Positions 29,310 to 39,964 of a stretch of DNA of 64,000 nucleotides are shown in pieces; position 1 is the stretch's first letter; the number at the start of each line of letters is the position of its first letter. The DNA comes from Octopus sinensis (taxonomy: Eukaryota), in NCBI RefSeq assembly GCF_006345805.1, contig NC_043015.1, forward strand, positions 5,332,001 to 5,396,000. Reading direction: 5' to 3'. The notes below the pieces were generated by a model that made no database searches, was not told the DNA's origin, and was given only the letters and a program-made list of their open reading frames with translations. The translations under genes were made by a program, and so were the position numbers.

Positions 29310-29315
<6 letters not shown>
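28770..29315 (+). mobile_element. Decayed mariner transposon fragment (DD34D region)
   Basis: TIR-like ttaggctggaaaaattactatcgcgttt; KKVMLYIWLDGK..YHV.LKRNET..AEKY.RQL; ILAQICKT/HKYARPQV; [13 protein letters not shown] (a decayed HPPYSPDLAPSDY-like motif). Confidence 0.7.
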
Positions 29316-29579
<264 letters not shown>

Positions 29580-29782
29580 AAATAGAAAGATGAATAATCT
29601 TGTAGTAGATTAATCAAAAGTTTAACCGATACCTTAGTAGCAAAAATCACAGCAGTAAACAGCACGGTTGGAGGTACAACCATCTGGCGTTGCAACCGTG
29701 CGTTGGTGCGGATAATTGAAATTAAAACATTATTGGTGAATTGAAGAAATGGAGCTGAACGCAGATTGAACAGAAATCGTTT

Positions 29783-29875
29783 TATTTCATTCTACACGTG
29801 TTTCGAAAGGCACAAATTACCAAAATCCGATTGAATAATGGGACCATATTGTGTCTTTCTCTTCAGGAAGAAAAA
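29783..29875 (-). ncRNA. Type I hammerhead ribozyme (intact core)
   Basis: tttc-ttc CTGAAGA gaaagacacaa [loop] ttgtgcctttc GAAA cacgtg TA gaa-t-gaaa; predicted cleavage after GUA (between 29793 and 29792). Confidence 0.85.
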
Positions 29876-30481
29876 AGGAAATCCGTTGGAAAAACAAAAA
29901 CAGAACAGAGGCGGAGCAAAAAACAAATCGAACTGTGCTCCTAAGAGCCCATGGCGAAACTGTTTATCATTGTATGTTGAGAACCGGTGGCTGAAGAATT
30001 CAACGGGTCAGGCATCGGTCAATCATGTGGGTGAGGGTGTATAGATGTTCTTTGTGACCGAGAATAAAGTTCTGACTATTTAAGGAATATTGGATGTTTT
30101 ATGAGGGGCGAGAAAAAATCTACTTAGAGACGTGTGTGTGTGTGTATACTGTTCTATATATGTGTGTGTTGGCGTAGGGGTAGAAAACATTTTTTGTGTA
30201 CGTGTGTGCGTTTGATCGTTCGGCTGTCAGTGGCTACTGCCGTGATAACCGTTGGGTGGCAGAAAGAAAAAAATTTTTTAAAAAAATATATATATATTAT
30301 GTTTTATGTGTGTGTGTGTTCATCTAAGCCTGCCTTGTCAAGGAAACCCCCCGCTGTGAAAAAACCAAGCCCCGTTTGTCTTACAGGAGTAATTCCCCTT
30401 GCAGTGGTTAATCGTAGATATCTTAAAGGCTATTTCAGAATTGTTACCAAGGGCTATGGGTGCCGGTATTATTTATAAACG

Positions 30482-30920
30482 CTATTTAAAGGCCAGATAA
30501 GTGTAAAGCCGCCAATGGGGGCATCGAAAAGCCGACTGTAAGAGCCCGTTTACCATCCGGCCTCTGGCAAACAAAATATGGAAGAGTTCGGAGACACAAA
30601 GGTTGCACTGTCTTCTGCCCCTATCAAATGGGAGGGCCACCGACAAAATTGACCATTCCAGCCTATAGCTTAAGTTCGCATCCTTCAGTCGCCATATTAG
30701 CTTACTGAGTCCCGTGGTCTGGCGCTTGTTCACGTCCCGAAAAGTTGCGTAATGGTTGGAGACACGCAAAGACAATCTTGAGGATGATGCCCCTACATAA
30801 GTGAAGGCATCTGAGTCCGTGTAAACCTTGCATTGGTAGACGGCGTTTTTGATCTTGGAGTTCGCCGACGTGAATCTTAATCTGCTAGGATTAGTTTCTG
30901 AAATAGAACTGCGTTCCTGT
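30482..30920 (-). CDS. PLE C-terminal GIY-YIG endonuclease (open frame of about 146 codons, no start codon, truncated)
   Basis: ..KNAVYQCKVYTDSDAFTYVGASSSRLSLRVSNHYATFRD..GLSKLIWRLKD..LEWSILSVALPFDRGRRQCNLCVSELFHIL..FRCPHW: GIY/YIG-like motifs plus the Cys/His motif of PLE endonucleases. Confidence 0.85.
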
Positions 30921-31289
30921 CACTATATTCGTTCCGAGACCTGCAGCCGCTTACTACTCTATTTTCCACTACGTCACTATTAACTATAGGGGTTATTCTT
31001 CCTTCACAAGATCAAAAATAGGTCTTCTTATCATTTGTATATGTTGTGGTGAAATTCTAACACCCCTGTGCAATAGCAGGTCAACTGACCAAAAACAGTA
31101 TAAAGCGGCATGCGCACTGTATGTGAAATTCAGCATGGTATGCGCTAAAACAGTGTCATATGTCTTATATTCTGTTGCCGTCGTAGACGTCCTTATATCA
31201 AGGTTCTGAGTTCCCGTAAGTCGCTCGCTTGATTCATGTAATTGCAATGTTTTCTGTTGTTTTGTGTTTTTCTGCACTTGCGTTTTCCT

Positions 31290-32090
31290 CGTTTGAAAGG
31301 GAAAGCGTTGTGGATGCTGAGATGGATTACGTGAGTCTTAGTTCATCCCCTATGATCTCGTTCGAGAAAGCCCTGAGAAGAAGTCTGGAGAGGACTGAGA
31401 AAGTAATGGAATAAAATGAACTTTGCAGCTGCGGCTGGTGATTAGAAAGAAGAAATCTCTATTAATAAAAAGGAAATGCGAGAATACAAAGAAATGTTGA
31501 AGAGAGAAGGACATGAGGCGAAGGTGTCACCCAACAGTCACAACACAGGATTTATCAAGGAAAGAAATATCACATACAGAACATATAACCCGAAATCCAA
31601 GAAGCGCGTGACGGATAGTGGCAAAAAACAAATAGACAAAGCACTAAGACTCATCTGGCATGACATTACCTACCTTGCCTGAGAGTCGAAGTTCGCGACG
31701 GTGGCGGTGCAGTTTACCAGCGAGGTGATAGCTGGTATCACTCTGCGACCTCCATGTAGAAAGACCAGATATTACTTCTTCCTATCTACGGAACGTACCA
31801 TATCGTTTTATACAGCAGTGCAAAGCTTTCAGTGAGAAAAGAAGCTAAAATGGTGAACTCTGATACAGAGGTGGACACGTAGGGTTGTGAGAAGTTACAC
31901 CCGAGTGTAAGGTGTTCCCTCATGTTGGAGGAGAAAAAAGACAAGGACAGGAGAGGTGTCTACTACACGAGAAGAGACGTCGACCTGAACTCGTTACAGC
32001 CTAAGATAAGTTTGAGTGAAGTTTACCCAGAAAAAATAGGAACGAAAGGTGGTTGTCTCAGTTTGAATATAGATTATCACAGTAATGTTT
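31290..32090 (+). mobile_element. Possible decayed retroelement ORF1-like region
   Basis: Purine-rich, GC-richer stretch with stop-interrupted reading frames (ERNITYRTYNPKSKKRV..FATVAVQFTSEV); no diagnostic motif recognised. Confidence 0.25.
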
Positions 32091-32417
32091 TAGCGGCACA
32101 AGTGATGTTGTGTAATTGAGTGGCGTTCATCTCATTTTTCAATTCAATCTTCTTCATTCATTTCCTTTTATTCTGCACTTTGTCTGCCCTTGTTTATCCC
32201 TTCTATGTTAGGCCCTGTGTGGCCAAATAAAGAAATGCAGTGTGGTGGGTGCAGTCGTTCAGACGAAATATCGTTTAATCCGTTTCTTTGAGATTTATAT
32301 TTGTATTGTGATAAGTCCACGTTATAAAGGACATGAGTTCGAAAAAGGACATAACAATATCGATGAGACACAACAATAGCGATGAAACATTCAAAACTCA
32401 CGGTGGACGTTATTAAC

Positions 32418-32865
32418 ATGGAAGACCTATTAACTTCCGTGGTTCAGTTGCAACGACAACTACATCAGCAGCAACAAGAAGAACAGTAACGTCAAGAACC
32501 AGCATGAAAGCAACCACAACAGCGAGAACAAAATCAACAGTTTTTGGGAATATTGTTGCATTCAAAAAACACTTGAGGTTCGTTTTCGGCAGACGCGATT
32601 GCTAATTCAGTTGAAGATTTCTTATATAATCCGGGAGAAGGGATTACGTTTTCTGCTTACTTCAGAAAGTATGAAGGAATCTTCAAAGAAGAGTGTAAAA
32701 ACTGGACTGACGAAAATAATATACGTCTTCTTTTAAGCGAATTATCACCAGCAGAACATGAAGAGTTTTTTAATTAAATCTTGCCGAGGAAACCAACCTA
32801 AATTTGTTTCGAGGAAACAATTAAGTTAATATCTAAAATATTTAGTGAAAGAAGTTTACTAATTA
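32418..32865 (+). mobile_element. Ty3/Gypsy gag remnant
   Basis: MEDLLTSVVQLQRQLHQQQQ.. then FSADAIANSVEDFLYNPGEGITFSAYFRKYEGIFKEECKNWTDENNIRLLLSELSPAEHEEFFN*ILPRKPT*ICFEETIKLISKIFSERS, resembling invertebrate Gypsy gag. Confidence 0.8.
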
Positions 32866-33660
32866 ATATTCGCTAGGATTGTTAGAAAGATTCTATAGAA
32901 ATTCGAATTGCAGAATAAATTCTAAGAATATTTAACTTTCTTTAAATCGCAATATTGAAATACACACACTCATAATAAGTAGAATATATGTACGTATGTT
33001 TGTTGGTAGCACACTTGGTCGCGTAAACAAAGTGGTGTAGGTTCGAGTCCCAGGCGTACAGGAAAACCTACTTCTGTATGTATGCATGCAAGTATGCATG
33101 TATGTATGTACACACATACATGTATATATAATTATATAGATATATTGACAAAACTAGTTTGAGAATACTTTGGAGTTTGGCATTTTCGGCATGTTTTATT
33201 GGACATATAAGCCAGTTAATGCAAAACTTGAAGGGTCATTATATCAAAGTAATATCATTATTAAAGTTTATTCTACTAAATATATAGACGCCGAACATGA
33301 GAGATGTTTTGATTTTCGATATATTGGTGAAAAACATTAACACAACCAAACCAACCATGCTCCCAGCCTTAGCCACACTTAAAGTCACCCATTCACGCAC
33401 ACACAGACATGTATATAAAGATTTAGTAATAAGTTAATGTGTATGTGATATGTCTCATCGACTAGAGAACTTTTCGAGTAGACATATATCGCTATCGACC
33501 TCATCAATATTCGATGAATCAATGGGAAGCATTATTGACTTCAAAATATATAATAAGCGCTGTATGAATTTTAATGGAATATACACCACATAGACATGTA
33601 CTTTCATAAACATCCACGTATATAGAAACATACAGTTGTGGACATCCAGGTGTGGATTAC

Positions 33661-33892
33661 CTATTTCTTTACTACCCACAAGGGGCTAAACACAGAGAGG
33701 ACCAACAATGACAGACAAACGGATTAAGTCGATTACGTCGACCCTAGTGCGTAACTGGTACTTAATTTATCGACCCCGAAAGGATGAAAGGCAGAGTCTA
33801 CCTCGGCGGAATTTGAACTCAGAACGTAGCGGCAGACGAAATACCGCAAAGCATTTAGCCCGGCGTGCTAATGTTTCTGCCTGCTCGCCGCC
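33661..33892 (-). mobile_element. Full-length family A SINE with TSD
   Basis: Complete head and tail; TSD tccaggtgtggattac (33645-33660) / tccaagtgaggattac (33894-33909). Confidence 0.92.
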
Positions 33893-34849
33893 CTCCAAGT
33901 GAGGATTACCTCCCCATAGATCAGGCTCTTACGATCGTCTATGTTGGAACAGAGCTGCTGAGAACGATGTCCCCGACAGGTGACTACCGATATATATTTA
34001 CAGATATTATACAACTCTCTCACAGGCTGCATACATAACAAGAAAATGTAATTGATGGCTATCTTTCTAAAAGCTTTAACATTATTGCAACTATCTAACC
34101 AGATTAAAAATTACTGAATTATCACTCGGAATATTCGTCCTCACATGGTACGATGTGGATTTTAAAAGTACGAAATTGCAACAAAATACCTATAGCAGAG
34201 GTGTAATACTAGAGCAGGTAATCCACTTCGATGCAACAATATCTGAGGGCTCCGTGGAATAGACATAGAGGACGTCATTTACATTATAATTAGCTTTTCA
34301 TATATGTCATCGCTATTTGGCCGACCAAAGACACAAGAAAGACACATGAAATCCATAAAAGATAGAATCCTAAATAGTCAAATATCAAAATCTTCAGTGA
34401 TGTGGCGAGTTACACCACACGTAACTTAAAAGTATTGTGGAGAAATTCTCTTGTCAATTCGAATAAAATGCAAGCTTATCAAACAACGAACATTGGGCTG
34501 GGACACAGAAAAGTAATCATGCAGAGTAGCTGAAATGGCTTGTCCAGAAATTGTCAACATAATGTTAACGCTAAACGAAAATATCTAAGCCAAATTGATG
34601 AGCTATCTACAGTAACCCCCACCGCAAAATACTTTTCTAATTCAATTCTACCAATGGTATATTTACACGATAACACACTCAATAGCAACCATAAATTCCC
34701 ACGAATGTAAAAATGAAGCATCAACACAAGTATTTTCAAGCTATGAAAAGCACTGTCAAAATGTATAAATTATCTGAGAACTTTAGCCTGCAGTAAAATC
34801 TACATCTATGATGATATCCATACTAGAAACCACAAGGTGTCCCTGTGCA

Positions 34850-34926
<77 letters not shown>

Positions 34927-34995
34927 ATGTGTGTGTGTGTGTGTGTGTATGTGTGTGTGTGTGTGGTGTGTGTGTGTGTGTATACACACACATAC
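34850..34995. repeat. (TA)n(GT)n microsatellite
   Basis: Read directly from the sequence. Confidence 0.95.
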
Positions 34996-35442
34996 ATTTC
35001 TATAGGCATACATCTATGCAGAAGGGAATATAAACATTATTGTATACGCCAAGCAATCAATTGCATCCCCTCAAAATTTTAATGAAAGGATTTGGTACAC
35101 AATTTCTGCTGGATGTGGTTAAGAAATTCGCTTTCGATGTGTGTGGTTTCTGTTTCAGTAACAGTTTCGCAAATATTTCAGTACTTACTCCTCCACCACT
35201 AATGGTTTGTGTACGGACCTTTAACGTAACATTGTAGCGAAAATACAGATTGCACAGCTACCATACATTATGTAAGTACTGGTGTTAATTTCTATGAATA
35301 ACCATGCAAGGAGTTGCTCCAACATGGCCGCAGTCTTATGAAACTTATAAATATAAGAAGAGGTATAATAGTTTGCATCTCTTCGAAAATATACTACTAA
35401 TTTGTTACATCCCGTGGAATTTAATATGTACTTAACATTGTT

Positions 35443-35737
35443 GTGGGGGCACTGGCCTGGTGGTTAGAGCAGCTGGGATGGCTGGTTCGAATCTCAGACC
35501 GGGCGATGGATGTGTTTGTGAGCGAAACACCTAAGCTGCACGGGGCTCCGGCAGAAGGTAACGGCGAACGTCTGCTGACTCTTTCGCCACAAATTTCTCT
35601 CACTCTTTCCCCATGCATCTAAAAGCTCACCTGCGATGGACCGGCGTCCCGTCCAGGTGGGGAACCTATACGCCAAGAAAACCGGGAAACCCGCCCTTAT
35701 GATCCAGGTATGGCTCGAGAAGGAACAAAAAACAACA
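35443..35737 (+). mobile_element. tRNA-derived SINE family D (V-domain-like core, CAA tail)
   Basis: A-box tggcctggtggttagagc, B-box ggttcgaatct, core gcgatggaccggcgtcccgtccagg, tail ggctcgagaaggaacaaaaaacaac; TSD acttaacatt(g/a)tt. Confidence 0.85.
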
Positions 35738-36394
35738 ACTTAACATTATTAAATATTGTAAACTACTAAATGTCACACAGCTAAATTAAAATCAACTTCA
35801 CACTTAAGCATATAACAGGAAATATAAATCTGAAAACTTATTACAAGTGAAGTTTGATTAAGGTGCCAAGTTTTATAAACATCATTTTGTGGAAAATCTA
35901 TCAAATGGAACTATCTACAACTTTCTTATTTATAATTTAGAGAATGTGAAACTACAAATGACATGACTGCACTAAAATTATTCTGTCTTACATATATATT
36001 GTAATGTAATTATGCTGTTAGCCTAAAGTGCTCTGTTACTGGACAATCTGTAATCATCATTAAACGGGCTAGAATACTTTAAAAACATTTATAATATTAT
36101 TAATTCGAAACTCATAATAAAAATTTAATCTTTACTCTTTTACTTGTTTCAGGCATTTGACTGTGGGCATGATGGAACGCCGCCTTTGCCCGACTAAATC
36201 GACCCAGGACTTATTCTTTGTAAGCTTAGAACTTTTTTCTATCGGTCTCATTTGCCGAACCGGTACGTTACGGGGACGTAAACACACTAGCATCGGATGT
36301 CAAGCGATGTCGGGGGGACAAACACGGACACATAAATAAATACACACACGCACACACATACACCGACACGCACATACATACATACATACATACA

Positions 36395-36430
<36 letters not shown>

Positions 36431-36530
36431 TATATTATATATATATATATATTATTATATATATATATATATATATATTATTAGTGAATTGAAGAAATGG
36501 AGTTGAACGAAGATTGAACAGAAATCGTTT

Positions 36531-36622
36531 TATTTCATTCTACACGTGTTTCGAAAGGCACAATTTACCAATTCCGATTGAATAATGAGACCATATTGTG
36601 TCTTTCTCTTCAGGAAGAAATA
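36531..36622 (-). ncRNA. Type I hammerhead ribozyme, copy 1
   Basis: CTGAAGA at 36613-36607, GAAA at 36552-36549, GTA at 36543-36541; stems I-III as in copy 2. Confidence 0.85.
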
Positions 36623-36663
36623 GGAATCCGTTGGAAATCCGTTGTTTTTTCCAACGGATTTCC

Positions 36664-36756
36664 TATTTCTTCCTGAAGAGAAAGACACAATATGGTCTTA
36701 TTATTCAATCGGAATTTGGTAAATTGTGCCTTTCGAAACACGTGTAGAATGAAATA
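36664..36756 (+). ncRNA. Type I hammerhead ribozyme, copy 2
   Basis: tatttc-ttc CTGAAGA(36673-79) gaaagacacaat [loop] attgtgcctttc GAAA(36735-38) cacgtg TA | gaa-t-gaaata; cleavage after 36746. Confidence 0.88.
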
Positions 36757-36806
36757 AAACGAATTCTTTTCAATTTTCGTTCAACTCCATTCTTCAATTC
36801 ACTAAT

Positions 36807-36854
<48 letters not shown>

Positions 36855-36913
36855 TATATATTATTAGTGAATTGAAGAAATGGAGTTGAACGAAAATTGA
36901 AAAGAATTCGTTT

Positions 36914-37005
36914 TATTTCATTCTACACGTGTTTCGAAAGGCACAATTTACCAATTCCGATTGAATAATAAGACCATATTGTGTCTTTCTCTTCAGGAAG
37001 AAATA
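36914..37005 (-). ncRNA. Type I hammerhead ribozyme, copy 3
   Basis: CTGAAGA at 36996-36990, GTA at 36926-36924; same fold. Confidence 0.85.
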
Positions 37006-37047
37006 GGAAATCCGTTGGAAAAAACAACGGATTTCCAACGGATTTCC

Positions 37048-37137
37048 TATTCTTCCTGAAGAGAAAGACACAATATGGTCTCATTATTCAATCGAATTTG
37101 GTAATTGTGCCTTTCGAAACACGTGTAGAATGAAATA
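37048..37137 (+). ncRNA. Type I hammerhead ribozyme, copy 4
   Basis: CTGAAGA at 37056-37062, GAAA at 37116-37119, GTA at 37125-37127; same fold. Confidence 0.85.
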
Positions 37138-37368
37138 AAACGATTTCTGTTCAATCTTCGTTCAACTCCATTCTTCAATTCACTAATAATATTAAAATTC
37201 AATTATCCGCACCAACGCACGGTAGCAACACCATATGGTTGTACCTCCAACCGTGCTGTCTTCTGCTGTAATTTTTGCTACCAAGGTATCGGTTAAACTT
37301 TTGATTAATCTGCAACAAGATTATTCATCTTTCTATTCACCATAATATATTATATATATATATTATAT

Positions 37369-37419
<51 letters not shown>

Positions 37420-38470
37420 GACGGGCTTCTTTCAGGTTCCGTCTATCAAATCCACTCACAAGGCTTTGGTCGACCCGAGACTACAGTAGAAGACACATGC
37501 CCAAGTTGTCACGCAGTGGGACTGAACCTGGATCCATGTGGTTCGTAAGCAAGCTACTTACCAAAAAAATATAAATAAAACACCAGATTCATTTGGTGAA
37601 ATTGTCACATTTAATAGTCTACCGTTATATATTGGAGAAAAAATTGTCATTATTTCTGAAAGTAAACCATGTGTCTGTTGGCTGTACAATAACGGCAATA
37701 CGATCAGAATGTAAAAGATATATGAAAAATACGACAAAATTTGGACAGATATTAGTATTTAGTAATAATGTATAACAAATTTGGATAGTATTACATTTTC
37801 ACCATTCAACGATGAAGTGAGGTCAGTGAAATTGCAAGTAGCTGAAATTACAAATTCACGTGTACTTTTATAATTGTTCTTAGATTGAAACAGCTTAGTA
37901 GAATGTAAGTTAACTCTACCCCACTGAAGTACTGTAAAACCCATTGTAATAGCTTCTGTACAATTTCCATCTTCCTGTTTTTCATTCAAAAGCTATGGCT
38001 CGCAGCAGAAGATATCATGCTTGACCGAAACCGGGCGCTGATACTACACATTTATATAGCAATATAGAATATAGTAGCTACTTCATGCTAGTGGAACGCG
38101 CGAATATTTCACGGAATTAATCGCAGTCTTATTGGATTATTTCTGAAACCGTAGCTTGTGTTGTGTCTGTATCAAATGACAAACACTAATCTGCTAATTA
38201 TTGAAAAGTGGAAGAAATTTGAATACAATGATTACTTAATGTACATTATATACACTGTATATACTTTATTCACAATTTTATAGACTTAATACACTCTCCA
38301 TTTTCTTTCGCTCTTCGTCTCTCCCTTCATTTAATGTGAAATGGTTAGAGAAATAACGGAGGAAAATCTTTGTTAAAAAAAAATTATGCATTTCACTCAG
38401 TGCCACATCTCCTTCCTCCTCCCCTATCTCTCCTCCACCTCTCTTCTCATTCCTCCTCTCCCTGCTTCAA

Positions 38471-38492
38471 CCAATCACGTGGAAGCGTCACG
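38471..38492. promoter_or_regulatory. Candidate promoter motif cluster (CCAAT, E-box CACGTG, TGACG half-site) after a C/T tract
   Basis: ccaatcacgtggaagcgtcacg; motif co-occurrence only. Confidence 0.25.
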
Positions 38493-39964
38493 AACGGACT
38501 AAGTAACGAAGAAACAAGCAGAATTATCATAAGATTATTCTATAAAAAACAGCGAACTGTAATCTAGCATGGTAATAAACGATGGTCTCCTGAAAAAATT
38601 ACTCATTTAAATATAGCTGTAGCTTTGCAATCATTACAAAATTTACATAGTCAGGCAAGAGAATAAGTTTTCGAGAAATTACAGATGTGAAATACATAGC
38701 ACGAGTGAAAACTGGTTATCAAAAATATGAAATTAAGAAATAATATGCCGACAATATACATTATAAACTGCATACCAGGACATGTAAACTGTTATAGCAA
38801 TTACGCAACTCCCAACTTAGCAAGAGTTTGTAGCAGAGAAAAATATAGGACAACAAGAAATATAATGACCAAAGTATTCGCTATCGGCAGCGTGGCTTCC
38901 AGCCTAGGGCAGCCACAATAAAAGATACGAAATAAATATAGATAATAATATAACGAATTCACTATCATTAATTAAATAAAAAAAGAAATCATTCAAGATA
39001 TGTTGGTAGGTGATACTTAATCTGTTTTACCAACATATTTTGAATGTTTAATTAAATATGGCTAAACTAATGTATAAAGTTTATACACAGTTCAATAATA
39101 TTTTAACCAGATATATTTAAAAGCTGAGTTTACTAAGCATACGAATTACCTAAAATGTTATGCTCCACATCTGATCTTATTTTATCACGCTTTCGTTTTT
39201 CAAATATGGAACCTTATTTTATAAGTTCACATCTGCTTTGTTTGTTGTGTTTCTGCTGAACTTTACCACCTCCCTTCTTAATTTATCCCCAAGTAGGGGA
39301 GGTAATCAGGTAGATTTTTCTGACTTCTTATTCTCATTTTCTGACATCTTATTTTCATTCCCATCTAATACATGTCACGTTATCTTTATTGTTTCCTCTC
39401 ACTTTCCCCATTGTGTTTACTCAACCACCCGGAAATATATCTCTCTAGTGAAAAGTTCTGCCCAAAATTGTTTATGGCCTTCCTCACTTCATATTCATTA
39501 ATTACGTATTTCGTCTATGTATACAGCTAAACCGTCCAAACCAGATCATCCCCCATTACTTCTTGGTAACAGTGTGGTCTATTAATTTAACGCGTGACAC
39601 AGTAAACTTGACGAAATAAAGTACATTCTGCCTTCATTTTCTTTGGTCTAATATTTTTGTCTTAGAGTGAACTTCTCGGAAAAGGAAGAGAGTTACTTTC
39701 AATATCTAGTGTTGATTTTGAAAGATATAATTTGTATTCTAGTATTTATTACTGAGTCACGATATTTATCCAACTAGTCATTATATATGTATAGGTGCGT
39801 GCGTGCGTGTAATAGTGTGCGCTAGTGTATGGGGCTATATCCGTGTATGTATGTGCAAGTATTCATATATATCATCACCCCTGTAGGCAAGGTATTTTAA
39901 GAGTATGTCAGATGTTTGTGAGATATGACTTCAAAAGGAGTAGTGATATCTTTACGAATACTTA

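Larger units (their letters stand above)
36477..37343. mobile_element. PLE pseudo-LTR-derived nested palindrome (X1 X2' (TA)n X2 X1' plus terminal 160 bp)
   Basis: 36477-37190 is an inverted repeat centred on the TA tract at about 36810-36860, and each arm is itself an inverted pair. Homologous to 29575-29895. Confidence 0.92.
36130..37563 (-). mobile_element. Family B SINE split at its internal microsatellite by a PLE-derived insertion
   Basis: 3' half at 36130-36350 and 5' half at about 37398-37563 (cgacgggcttctttcag..cactcacaaggctttggtcg..cccaag..gggactgaacc). Confidence 0.9.
33450..37780 (+). pseudogene. Putative decayed PKD-repeat coding region (polycystin-1-like), core segment
   Basis: Long stop-interrupted frames: GIYTT*TCTFINIH (33.6 kb), LHT*QE..FNIIATI (34.0 kb), QVIHFDATISEGSVE*T* (34215-34268; both TAGs are one change from the expected Y and W) and LFLKVNHVS (37.65 kb). 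Interrupted by SINEs. Recognised by eye only. Confidence 0.35.
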
